A stretch of 63,580 bases of DNA, counting the filler, from an uncultured bacterium (GTDB lineage: Bacteria; Auribacterota; CAZIXI01): assembly GCA_964543115.1 (NCBI GenBank). It is 3 parts of 3 records of this genome, joined end to end, with 100 filler letters (N's around TTAATTAATTAA, not from the genome) between each part and the next. Parts side by side here need not be neighbours in the genome. Positions count along the whole stretch, not along the records: positions 22,817 to 45,463 come from CAZIXI010000024.1; 2 more parts are not named here. One strand, 5' to 3'. The notes beneath the pieces are model-generated. The model did no database searches. It was not told the DNA's origin and saw only the letters and a program-made list of their open reading frames with translations. Shown here piece after piece: positions 30,486 through 39,215 of the stretch. Within the stretch, counting starts at the first letter, position 1. Each line of letters begins with the position of its first letter. The position numbers and the translations under genes were made by a program.

Positions 30486-31190
30486 ATGACCATTTTAAAA
30501 CGGAAATATCATAAGCTAACGGCTATTAAGACCATTGCCATCCTGGCTGATCCGGCCTGCCGGCCAGGCTGGAAAAAAAATTTCCCGCGGCTGCTGCGTA
30601 AGGTCTGGCAGGAACATAAACCCGACCTGTTCCTGGTGGCCGGTGATCTGTCCCTTAACGCTACGCAAAAAGAATATAATGAAGTTTTTCGCTACATTAA
30701 CAAATATCCCGCCGTCTGGGCGGCAGTACCCGGGGATCATGATTATCCTACGAGGAATTTCAGAAAATATTTCGGCACCCTGCACAAGGTTATTGATATA
30801 GGCGGCTGGCGGTTTATCGGCCTGAATACCGGTACGCGCACCTTCAGCAAAAAAGAGGCCGGCTGGTTCTCACGGCAGATTAGGCCGCGGTCCATCATTT
30901 TTTCCCACATCCCCCCGGAAGCACCGGGTTGGACCTTTCATTCACTCTGGCCCCGGGCCTCAAACCGTTTCTTAGCAATAGTGAAAAAACAGCGCCGTTA
31001 TCTGCATTCAATGTATTTTGGTCATATCCACGGCTACTCGCGGCGGGTTTATCAGGATATCCCACTGGTAGTGACCGGCGGTATTGCTGAATCCAGAGGA
31101 GTAAAGAATAATCGTTACCAGGGCCGCGGCCCGTTAGAAATGATTATTTTTAAAGTTACCTCTGGGAAGACACGTGTCTGTAAGATTTAA
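30486..31190 (+). CDS. calcineurin-like metallophosphoesterase
   Basis: ILAD, VAGDL, PGDHD, FSHIP, FGHIH. ATG at 30486 follows a GGAGG RBS. Confidence 0.85.
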   Translation: MTILKRKYHKLTAIKTIAILADPACRPGWKKNFPRLLRKVWQEHKPDLFLVAGDLSLNATQKEYNEVFRYINKYPAVWAAVPGDHDYPTRNFRKYFGTLHKVIDIGGWRFIGLNTGTRTFSKKEAGWFSRQIRPRSIIFSHIPPEAPGWTFHSLWPRASNRFLAIVKKQRRYLHSMYFGHIHGYSRRVYQDIPLVVTGGIAESRGVKNNRYQGRGPLEMIIFKVTSGKTRVCKI

Positions 31191-31219
31191 ACCGCCAGAC
31201 TACTACAACCTCCCTTCTC

Positions 31220-31248
31220 TTGACAATATGCATTATTTGTGATATTAT
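31220..31248 (+). promoter_or_regulatory. sigma70-type promoter
   Basis: TTGACA, 17 nt, TG-a-TATTAT. Confidence 0.7.
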
Positions 31249-31262
31249 AATGAGGGGTAAGT

Positions 31263-34200
31263 GTGAATAAATTTAGGGCAATTACCATCATTATAATGAT
31301 TTTTTCCGCTTATTTTCTGTCTCTTGAACCCCTAGCCGCAGGTATTATCCAGCCGGAAGGAAACCTTACCGCTGTCTGGGCAAATGAAGGCGGGGACAAG
31401 GTAACCCGGGATGAGTTGCGGGGAACAAACAGTGCGGATAGCGTAAACAACTCTGTCTGGAACGGCACTACGGTACAGATTTTCGGCACAAAAAATGAAG
31501 TAGTGGCCTTTAATCTTATTCTGGAAGCCGGCAGTCAGAGCGCGGAAAATATATCTGTTTCCCTGGCTAGTCTAACCGGCCCGGGCGGGGCGACAATCGC
31601 CACCACTGATAGTAGTGATCTGTTTAACTGGTCCAACCGTAATATTGAACTCTTCTACGTACGTTATCTGCAGATTAAAGGTCTTAGTCTTATGTCTTAT
31701 GAAACCTATGATGAACGTCATATTCCCGCCAGTATGCGCCGTTCTTATGATAGTTCCGGAATCGGTTCCGGAACCTGGAACGACCGCCCCAATCACGATA
31801 AGTATTACCCGGATATTGCCGTGCCCTTGGAACTAGTCTCCCAATTCGATGTAACGGCAGCCAGTAATCAAAGTATCTGGGTAGATATCTACATTCCGAA
31901 AACAGCCAGCACCGGTCTTTATACCGGCAATATTACTATTCATGAACAGGGAACCACGGTTGCCTCTTTAGCGGTAGAATTAACGGTGCGCGGGTTTATC
32001 CTGCCGGATGAACCGAACTCGAAAACAATGGTTTATTTCAGCCGCGAAAATATCAACACGCGCTATTTTGGTGATGCAAATCTGGACCCCGATAATGCCG
32101 CCGGCATCGCGGTACGCAACCGCCATTTTCAGCTGGCCCACCGTCATAAAATATCTCTTATTGATAGCGAAGCGGCAGGTAACGATCAACCCGGCAACGA
32201 GTGGCTTTCCCGCCTGGACGGCACACTCTTCACTTCCACTAATGGTTATGCCGGTCCGGGAGAAGCAACGGGAAATAACATTTATTCTATCGGCACCTAC
32301 GGGTCCTGGACAGACTACTGGAGCACAAGCGACGAAGCGGCAATGCAGGCACATGCCCAGGCTTGGGCGGACTGGTTTGCCGCTAACGCCAACAACACGG
32401 AATATTTTCTTTATCTTATCGATGAATCAGATGATTATACCCAGATAGAACAATGGGCCGGTTGGATAAATAATGCTCCCGGCGCCGGCAGTAATCTTAA
32501 ATCTCTAGCCACGATGGATATGACTACCGCCATAACCAGCTGTCCCGGTCTGGATATTTCTCCCAGCTGGTTTACAGTAGGGGTTACACAAACCTGGCAG
32601 GACGCTGTTGCAGCTTTTGAAAATGATACCAATAAACACGTCTATTTTTATAACGGTATCCGGCCAGCAACCGGTTCTTTTGCCACCGAAGACGACGGGA
32701 TCGCCCTGCGCCAGCTGGCCTGGGCCCAGTATAAAAAGGGTATCGACCGCTGGTTTAAATGGGAATCTACTTATTATAATAATTTTCAGGGTGATATGGG
32801 AGAGACTAATGTATTCAGTACCGCCCAGACCTTTGGCACCTATAGCAATGTGGATAGTGTGCTGGGGGAAACCGGTTGGAATTATTCTAACGGTGACGGC
32901 GTTCTGTTATATCCAGGAACAGACACTGTTTATCCGGCGGAATCTTATGGGGCCTCCGGCCCGATTGCCAGCCTGCGGCTAAAACAGTGGCGGCGGGGAA
33001 TTCAGGATGTGGATTATCTGGTAATGGCAGCGGCTATTGATTCGGCCGCAACGCAACAAATCGTTAACAGCATTGTTCCCACCGTATTATGGGAATACGG
33101 CGTTGATGATAACAGTGATCCCACATACGTAAGAACAGATATCAGCTGGTCAATCGATCCAGATACCTGGGAAGCGGCCCGTTTACAGCTGGCAAATATT
33201 ATCGAAACACAGGAGGAAGAAGAGGTAGAAGTAGGGGCCGGCGGTCATTGCAGTATCGCCGCGGCAACAACCAGTACCACCTGGTACCTGGCAGAAGGCT
33301 GCACCAACGGTTACGCCACCTGGCTTTGTGTGCAAAATCCCAGCAGTGATTCAGCCAGCCTAAAGTTGACCTATATGGATGAAGACGGCAATACCGTAGT
33401 AGAAACAGAAACATTAACCGGTAACCGCCGGTTTACCCGGCGGATAAATGCGGTTAACGGAATGAAAAATAAAGGCGGGGTGGCCACTAAGGTGGAATCC
33501 ACCAACGATATTGGGATCATTGCTGAGCGGGCGATGTATTGGCCCGGCGGCGGCCATTGCAGTGTGGGGGTAACTGCTCCGGCCTCTACCTGGTACCTGG
33601 CAGAAGGCAGCACTAATGGTTACGACACCTGGATCCTCCTGCAAAATTCCGGCAGTACCTATGCAAATGTGACCCTGACTTACATGGATGAAAACGGCAA
33701 TACTTTCCAGGAATCCACAATCGTTTCTGCTCAGCGCCGGTTTAGCAGAAGAATAAATAATATCAGTTCAATGAACAATAAAAGCGGGGTTTCCACAAAG
33801 GTAGAATCCACTAACAGTGTGGATATTATCGCCGAACGGGCAATGTACTGGACTGGCGGCGGCCATTGCAGTGCCGGAACAACGGCTTCCGCCACTACCT
33901 GGTACCTGGCGGAAGGCTCTACGAATGGTTATAGTACCTGGATCCTCTTGCAAAACCCCAATGAAAATACGGCCAATATCACCATCTCCTACATGGATGA
34001 AGATGGAAATACTTTTCAGGAAGCTGTTACGGTTTCCGCTCAACGCCGGTTCACCAGAAGTATAAATGATATTAGTAGTATGAACAATAAAGGAGGAGTT
34101 TCTACCACAATCTCATCCACCAATGGAATCGGTATCATTGCCGAACGGGCAATGTACTGGACTGGCGGCGGCCATTGCAGTGCCGGAACAACCGCTGCCG

Positions 34201-34478
34201 CCACCAGCTGGTACCTGGCGGAAGGCTGTACTAACGGTTACAGCACCTGGATCCTTCTGCAAAACCCCAACGATAACACCGCCAATATCAGGCTTACTTA
34301 TATGGACGAAGATGGTAACACTTTTCAGGAAGCCGTCACCGTATCCGCCCAGCGCCGGTTTACCAGGAAAATAAATGATATCACTGAAATGAACAATAAG
34401 GGCGGGGTATCAACAAGGGTAGAATCCACTAACGAAGTGGGCATAATCGCCGAACGGTCGATGTATTGGTTAGATTAA
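31263..34478 (+). CDS. secreted DUF4091/GH123-like glycoside-hydrolase-fold protein with 4x DUF5719-like repeats
   Basis: Signal peptide; VWANEGGDKVTRDEL; YLIDES; GDGVLLYPG; SLRLKQWRRGIQDVDYL; EEEE linker; four WYLAEG repeats. The domain name is from recall. Confidence 0.8.
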   Translation: MNKFRAITIIIMIFSAYFLSLEPLAAGIIQPEGNLTAVWANEGGDKVTRDELRGTNSADSVNNSVWNGTTVQIFGTKNEVVAFNLILEAGSQSAENISVSLASLTGPGGATIATTDSSDLFNWSNRNIELFYVRYLQIKGLSLMSYETYDERHIPASMRRSYDSSGIGSGTWNDRPNHDKYYPDIAVPLELVSQFDVTAASNQSIWVDIYIPKTASTGLYTGNITIHEQGTTVASLAVELTVRGFILPDEPNSKTMVYFSRENINTRYFGDANLDPDNAAGIAVRNRHFQLAHRHKISLIDSEAAGNDQPGNEWLSRLDGTLFTSTNGYAGPGEATGNNIYSIGTYGSWTDYWSTSDEAAMQAHAQAWADWFAANANNTEYFLYLIDESDDYTQIEQWAGWINNAPGAGSNLKSLATMDMTTAITSCPGLDISPSWFTVGVTQTWQDAVAAFENDTNKHVYFYNGIRPATGSFATEDDGIALRQLAWAQYKKGIDRWFKWESTYYNNFQGDMGETNVFSTAQTFGTYSNVDSVLGETGWNYSNGDGVLLYPGTDTVYPAESYGASGPIASLRLKQWRRGIQDVDYLVMAAAIDSAATQQIVNSIVPTVLWEYGVDDNSDPTYVRTDISWSIDPDTWEAARLQLANIIETQEEEEVEVGAGGHCSIAAATTSTTWYLAEGCTNGYATWLCVQNPSSDSASLKLTYMDEDGNTVVETETLTGNRRFTRRINAVNGMKNKGGVATKVESTNDIGIIAERAMYWPGGGHCSVGVTAPASTWYLAEGSTNGYDTWILLQNSGSTYANVTLTYMDENGNTFQESTIVSAQRRFSRRINNISSMNNKSGVSTKVESTNSVDIIAERAMYWTGGGHCSAGTTASATTWYLAEGSTNGYSTWILLQNPNENTANITISYMDEDGNTFQEAVTVSAQRRFTRSINDISSMNNKGGVSTTISSTNGIGIIAERAMYWTGGGHCSAGTTAAATSWYLAEGCTNGYSTWILLQNPNDNTANIRLTYMDEDGNTFQEAVTVSAQRRFTRKINDITEMNNKGGVSTRVESTNEVGIIAERSMYWLD

Positions 34479-34518
34479 AAAGCAGGGGCAGCGATTGAAT
34501 TACTGCCCCCAGCTTTTT
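34477..34518. terminator. bidirectional intrinsic terminator
   Basis: AAAAGCAGGGGCAG...CTGCCCCCAGCTTTTT between convergent genes. Confidence 0.7.
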
Positions 34519-34524
34519 GTCTTA

Positions 34525-35094
34525 TTAGAATTTCTTATTAGGCTGCAGCACTATTTCCAGATCAAATTCCCTGGCCGGCTTGAAAACAAACTTCGTTTTA
34601 TTATAAAGTTTCTCATTATCCTTATTCTTCTTAACAAATTCATTTAACTGCTTGGAAGTGGTGAATTCATCGTCTTCCAGTAACGAGCTGTCTTTATCTA
34701 TATACTGCACCACCAAATTACCCTGCTCATCAATCTCGTAACGAAAAAAACAGTAGTTCCTATCCTTCACCTCTTCTGAGGTGATATCCTGGATATTCAT
34801 AAACTTGGCACCATTAATATCTGTAATAAATCCCCGGGTAAATACTGTGTATTTACTCTTGCCTTCTTTACTCCAAATAACAAAATAATCGTTGTCATGA
34901 AACCGATAGACCGCTAAGTTGTACTCAGTTTTTTTTCCTTCTTCCGGCACCTGCACCCAATTTCTGACCAGCCGTTGGTCAAAACTTGTCCCCTTATCCC
35001 CTGACAGAGGCACCGCCGAATCGTAACAGCCAAGCACGCCCAGACACAAACTGCTTAACAACAACAACAAAACAACATTACGAACACAGTTCAT
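34525..35094 (-). CDS. hypothetical lipoprotein
   Basis: Lipobox VLGC after LLLLLSS; GGAGG RBS. Confidence 0.75.
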   Translation of the reverse strand: MNCVRNVVLLLLLSSLCLGVLGCYDSAVPLSGDKGTSFDQRLVRNWVQVPEEGKKTEYNLAVYRFHDNDYFVIWSKEGKSKYTVFTRGFITDINGAKFMNIQDITSEEVKDRNYCFFRYEIDEQGNLVVQYIDKDSSLLEDDEFTTSKQLNEFVKKNKDNEKLYNKTKFVFKPAREFDLEIVLQPNKKF

Positions 35095-35119
35095 TTTCCT
35101 CCTCCTTTAAAAAATAGCC

Positions 35120-37696
35120 CTATTTCAAAAAACAAACCACCTGCTGCTGCAGCACATCGGACATAAGACGCAGCTCCTGATTGCCCACATCGTAAACACT
35201 GATAATATCCTGATATTTGCTGAATTCCGGCACGAGATCGTTAAACATATTCCTGAAATCAAACTTGGCCAGATCGTTAAAGACCACTCCCTCTTTTTCA
35301 GGAAACAGGGCAAGATAGAAAATATTAGTTTCTACCAAATCCTGAAAAAAATGCGTGCCAAAAGAAAGTTCCGGCATCAGGTTGCCGCTGGTAAAGGCGA
35401 TCTCCGTCATCACGCTGACGTTACTGATCTCGGCAAAATTAACCGGCACCCCCAGGGACGGGGTGCTGGTGCCCCAACGGCCGGGACCCATTAATAAAGT
35501 GGGCATTTCTTCCTGGCTGATAATCTGTTTATTGAGTTTACCCACTACCCGGGCGATGTCATATTTCTGAGTTTGGGACAACTGGCTGTATTTTTCCGGC
35601 TGAACAAAAATAATCCGCTGCAGCCTCTGGGAAACGTTACCGCCAAAAAAGTAGCCGGCAGAAGAGAAGAGTATTTTTTCCGGCGCAATATTCCGGGGAA
35701 TTTCTACCTTGGATCCCAACCCCCGTGTCTGCAGCGGCCGGCACTGGAGAAGATTAATCTTGAATTTATTGCCTTCAGTAAAATTAAGCGTAAACTCGAT
35801 ATCCACCGGATAACGATAATTATCTTCCAGGGTTTTAAGTATTTTTTTCACTGTTTCGGTAAACTCGGGATCAGAAAATAATTTATCAAAAGTAATCAGC
35901 CAATAATCTTTTCGTTCTCCCCCCCGGGCCCGCATCCGGTTGATGGACTCATGGTCACGCACGGCAATCCGCTGAATATTAATATCCAATTTTTTACTCA
36001 GAAGCACGGCAGCGGACACCGTAGTTAATTTATTCTCAGCAATATCAATCAGATCAACATCATGCTGAGAAAATTTACGGGCATCCTGCATGCCGCTATG
36101 AGGTTTACGCAGCGGATCATCCAGAGCGGCTATCCGGGGATAATCACCTTCTACCCTGTCCACGGCCCGCGTACCCAGCCCGAAGACAATACGCAGCATA
36201 CCGGCCTCCGGCTTCATTTCCGGACTCCAGACATAGGTATTATAAGAAATACCAACACCGGCCACATCCGGGAAGAAATACTGCTGGTGATAAGAACCGG
36301 AAACGCGCTGCACCAACAGGGCCATTTGCTCATCAAGCATATCTAATCCGCGCTGTTTACGATACGTAAGCGCATCTTCATTCATTGTACTGGCGTAGAT
36401 CCGCCGTACCGCTTCCACAAATTGCACATAACGCTGTTCCGGGGTACCCTGATTTGCGCAAAACACGCTTTCATATTTACCGGCAAAGGCATTACCGTAA
36501 CCGTCTTCCAATAAACTGCTGGAACGCACAATAAAAGGAGAGGTGCCGAAATACTCGATCATTTGCTGGAACTGCTCCCGGATTTCGTCAGGGAACTTAC
36601 CGCGAGCCAGTTTTTCCTTTAACACCGCCGCCGCATCAAAATAGTGTTCCTTGGTCTTCTGCTGCATCCTTAATTTCCACCAGCCATTCTCAACGATATA
36701 AGCATAAAAGACATCCGAGCCGATATAAAAAGAATCATGGGGCTCCGCATAATCGGACCAGGAAAATGACTTTTCCCGGGACAGAATATTTCTGGCAAGC
36801 AGCATACCCACGGTCTTACCGCCAACCAGCCCGGTACCGATGATCCGGGATTTAATAAACAATAAATCCGCCAGGTTAAAATTATCCAACACCAGCGAAC
36901 GAATGCGTTCATCACGCGTCATCAGTATCCGGCTGAGTTCTTCCAGCATCTGCCGCTGTTTTTCCGCCGGGGCACCTGACTGCATTAATCCCTCCGCGTC
37001 CAGGAACAAGCGGTCCCAATAATCCAGCTTGCGGTCCACACTGGCCGTACCCCGGCTGCTGATATGCGAGAGGAGCTGTGAGGCATTAACGCTATCGGTA
37101 ATCGGCACAAACCTCTCCTCCGACTCCTTGATATGCGGCAGGAACATAGTGGGTGAATACCGGTTCCAGACCTTTAACGGATGAATATAATAGTTACCCT
37201 CACAGCAGTAAACATCAATCAATAACTGGGTAGTGGAACGAATCCGGGCAATTGTTTTAAAGGAATGATGGTCCCGCAACAGGGCAAAATAAGTAATGGT
37301 GTCCAATTCAAACAGGTAAGGACAGGTAACCATAAAAAAGTTCCCGATCATCAAATCCGTGGCCCAGGCACCCAATAAATCACTCAGACAGTCAAAAACA
37401 TAATAGGCACCGTAACCTCCTTCGGTAATAATATTATGTACCTGGGTAGTAAAAACCTCAAATCCCGCCCGGGCGTTTAACTGTTTGATCTCTATTTGCG
37501 GCGATGGTTCCAGCAGCGCATCATGTTCGGCAAACCGCAGATAGATAATTTTTTTCTTCTCGGCCAGCGCCTGCTTTATGTAAGGAGTAACAAAATCCTG
37601 GTAATGCTGAATGTGATCCACCTGCAGGACCACATTGTCGCCTACGCGCAGGCCCGTCAAAATATCATCGAATCCTTTAATCCCTGTGCTGATCAT
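35120..37696 (-). CDS. PEP/pyruvate-binding (PPDK_N, ATP-grasp) domain protein with an N-terminal RecA/KaiC-like domain
   Basis: ISTGIKGFDDILTGLRVGDNVV; GGKTVGMLLAR; IVRSSSLLEDGYGNAFAGKY; LQCRPLQ; GPGRWGTS; SFGTHFFQDLVE. Confidence 0.88.
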   Translation of the reverse strand: MISTGIKGFDDILTGLRVGDNVVLQVDHIQHYQDFVTPYIKQALAEKKKIIYLRFAEHDALLEPSPQIEIKQLNARAGFEVFTTQVHNIITEGGYGAYYVFDCLSDLLGAWATDLMIGNFFMVTCPYLFELDTITYFALLRDHHSFKTIARIRSTTQLLIDVYCCEGNYYIHPLKVWNRYSPTMFLPHIKESEERFVPITDSVNASQLLSHISSRGTASVDRKLDYWDRLFLDAEGLMQSGAPAEKQRQMLEELSRILMTRDERIRSLVLDNFNLADLLFIKSRIIGTGLVGGKTVGMLLARNILSREKSFSWSDYAEPHDSFYIGSDVFYAYIVENGWWKLRMQQKTKEHYFDAAAVLKEKLARGKFPDEIREQFQQMIEYFGTSPFIVRSSSLLEDGYGNAFAGKYESVFCANQGTPEQRYVQFVEAVRRIYASTMNEDALTYRKQRGLDMLDEQMALLVQRVSGSYHQQYFFPDVAGVGISYNTYVWSPEMKPEAGMLRIVFGLGTRAVDRVEGDYPRIAALDDPLRKPHSGMQDARKFSQHDVDLIDIAENKLTTVSAAVLLSKKLDINIQRIAVRDHESINRMRARGGERKDYWLITFDKLFSDPEFTETVKKILKTLEDNYRYPVDIEFTLNFTEGNKFKINLLQCRPLQTRGLGSKVEIPRNIAPEKILFSSAGYFFGGNVSQRLQRIIFVQPEKYSQLSQTQKYDIARVVGKLNKQIISQEEMPTLLMGPGRWGTSTPSLGVPVNFAEISNVSVMTEIAFTSGNLMPELSFGTHFFQDLVETNIFYLALFPEKEGVVFNDLAKFDFRNMFNDLVPEFSKYQDIISVYDVGNQELRLMSDVLQQQVVCFLK

Positions 37697-37731
37697 TTTT
37701 CTTCCTCCTCAAACAAATACTATTCCATGAA

Positions 37732-39201
37732 TCATATATATGGTAAAACACTTGATCCCATTAAAAACCGATCTATATGATACGCCGCTTTACGCCCTTC
37801 GGCAATGGCTTTTACCACCAATGATTGGCCGGTATGCATATCCCCGGCCGTAAAAACCTTCTTCAGGGAAGTCTTAAAAGTCTCTGCCGCTTGCACATTA
37901 CCACGCCTATCCAGGGTTACTCCCAAATTCGATAATAAACCATTCGGCTCCGGATGTAAGAAGCCAACTGCCAAAATCACCAAATCAGCCGCCAGTGTAA
38001 ATTCACTCCCTCTAACTTCCTGCATTACCGGGCAGGTGTTGGCTGCAGTTTGCCTGAATTCCACCCTCACACATTTGATCTTTTTTACGAGCTTTGCTAG
38101 CAAAGCCCGGCCTTGTTCTCCAATGAACTCCTTGGTTAATACCGCCCATTGCCGCTCGGCCCCTTCTTCATGACTGGAGGAAGTTTTTAAAAGTAGTGGA
38201 TATTGCGGCCAGGGCGCCACAATCGTGTCATCGCGGCATTCCGGCGGCTGATTCAAAACTTCAATCTGCACCACACAACCGGCCCCCTGGCGGTTGGCCG
38301 TACCCACACAATCACTACCTGTATCACCGCCGCCGATAACAACCACTTTTTTGCCGGCAGCATTAATAAGTTCATTTGCGGGAACCGCGATTCCGGCCAC
38401 CCGTTTATTGCCCTGGGTAAGGTAATCCATGGCAAAATGTATACCTTTTAATTTCCTGCCGGGAATCTTCAAATCCCGCGGTACTGAAGAACCACCGGTT
38501 AAACAAACGGCATCATATTCCCGTAAAAGTTTTTTCGTCTTGTAATCAACACCGACATTGACTGAGGGAATGAACTCCACACCCTGCTTTCTTAACAGCT
38601 CCAGCCGGCGGTCAATGATTTGTTTTTCCAATTTAAAATCCGGGATGCCGTAGCGTAATATCCCGCCAATTCTATCATTCTTTTCATAAAGAGAGACGTG
38701 GTGCCCAACTTTCGTCAGCTGGTCGGCACAGGCCAGGCCCGCCGGCCCGGAACCAATCACCGCTACGCGTTTACCGGTTTTATTTTTTGCTGAGCATGAT
38801 TCAACCAAACCATGTTTAAAGGCATATTCTACTAAAGCCAGTTCGTTTTCCCTGATTGTTACCGGATCATCATTAATGCCCAATACACAGGCATATTCAC
38901 AGGTGGCCGGACAGACCCGGCCGGTAAATTCCGGAAAGTTATTTGTTGCCTCTAACAAAGTATAGGCCTCGGCCCATTGACCCTGAAACATCAGGTCGTT
39001 CCATTCCGGAATATAATTGCCCACGGGACAGCCCCAGTGACAAAACGGCGTGCCGCAATCCATACAGCGGGAGGCCTGCTGCTGCGACTGCTTTGGCGTA
39101 CGCTGCCGACTGACCGGCGCATAATCCTGCACCCGTTCACACACCGGCCGGTACCCGGCAGTTTGCCGTTTTATCTTTAAAAATCCCTTCGGATCACCCA
39201 T
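37732..39201 (-). CDS. gltD: glutamate synthase small subunit
   Basis: RCMDCGTPFCHWGCP, GRVCPATCE, GSGPAGL, GGGDTGSDC, AGDM..GQSLVV. Confidence 0.95.
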   Translation of the reverse strand: MGDPKGFLKIKRQTAGYRPVCERVQDYAPVSRQRTPKQSQQQASRCMDCGTPFCHWGCPVGNYIPEWNDLMFQGQWAEAYTLLEATNNFPEFTGRVCPATCEYACVLGINDDPVTIRENELALVEYAFKHGLVESCSAKNKTGKRVAVIGSGPAGLACADQLTKVGHHVSLYEKNDRIGGILRYGIPDFKLEKQIIDRRLELLRKQGVEFIPSVNVGVDYKTKKLLREYDAVCLTGGSSVPRDLKIPGRKLKGIHFAMDYLTQGNKRVAGIAVPANELINAAGKKVVVIGGGDTGSDCVGTANRQGAGCVVQIEVLNQPPECRDDTIVAPWPQYPLLLKTSSSHEEGAERQWAVLTKEFIGEQGRALLAKLVKKIKCVRVEFRQTAANTCPVMQEVRGSEFTLAADLVILAVGFLHPEPNGLLSNLGVTLDRRGNVQAAETFKTSLKKVFTAGDMHTGQSLVVKAIAEGRKAAYHIDRFLMGSSVLPYI

Positions 39202-39215
39202 TTAAAAACCTCCGG

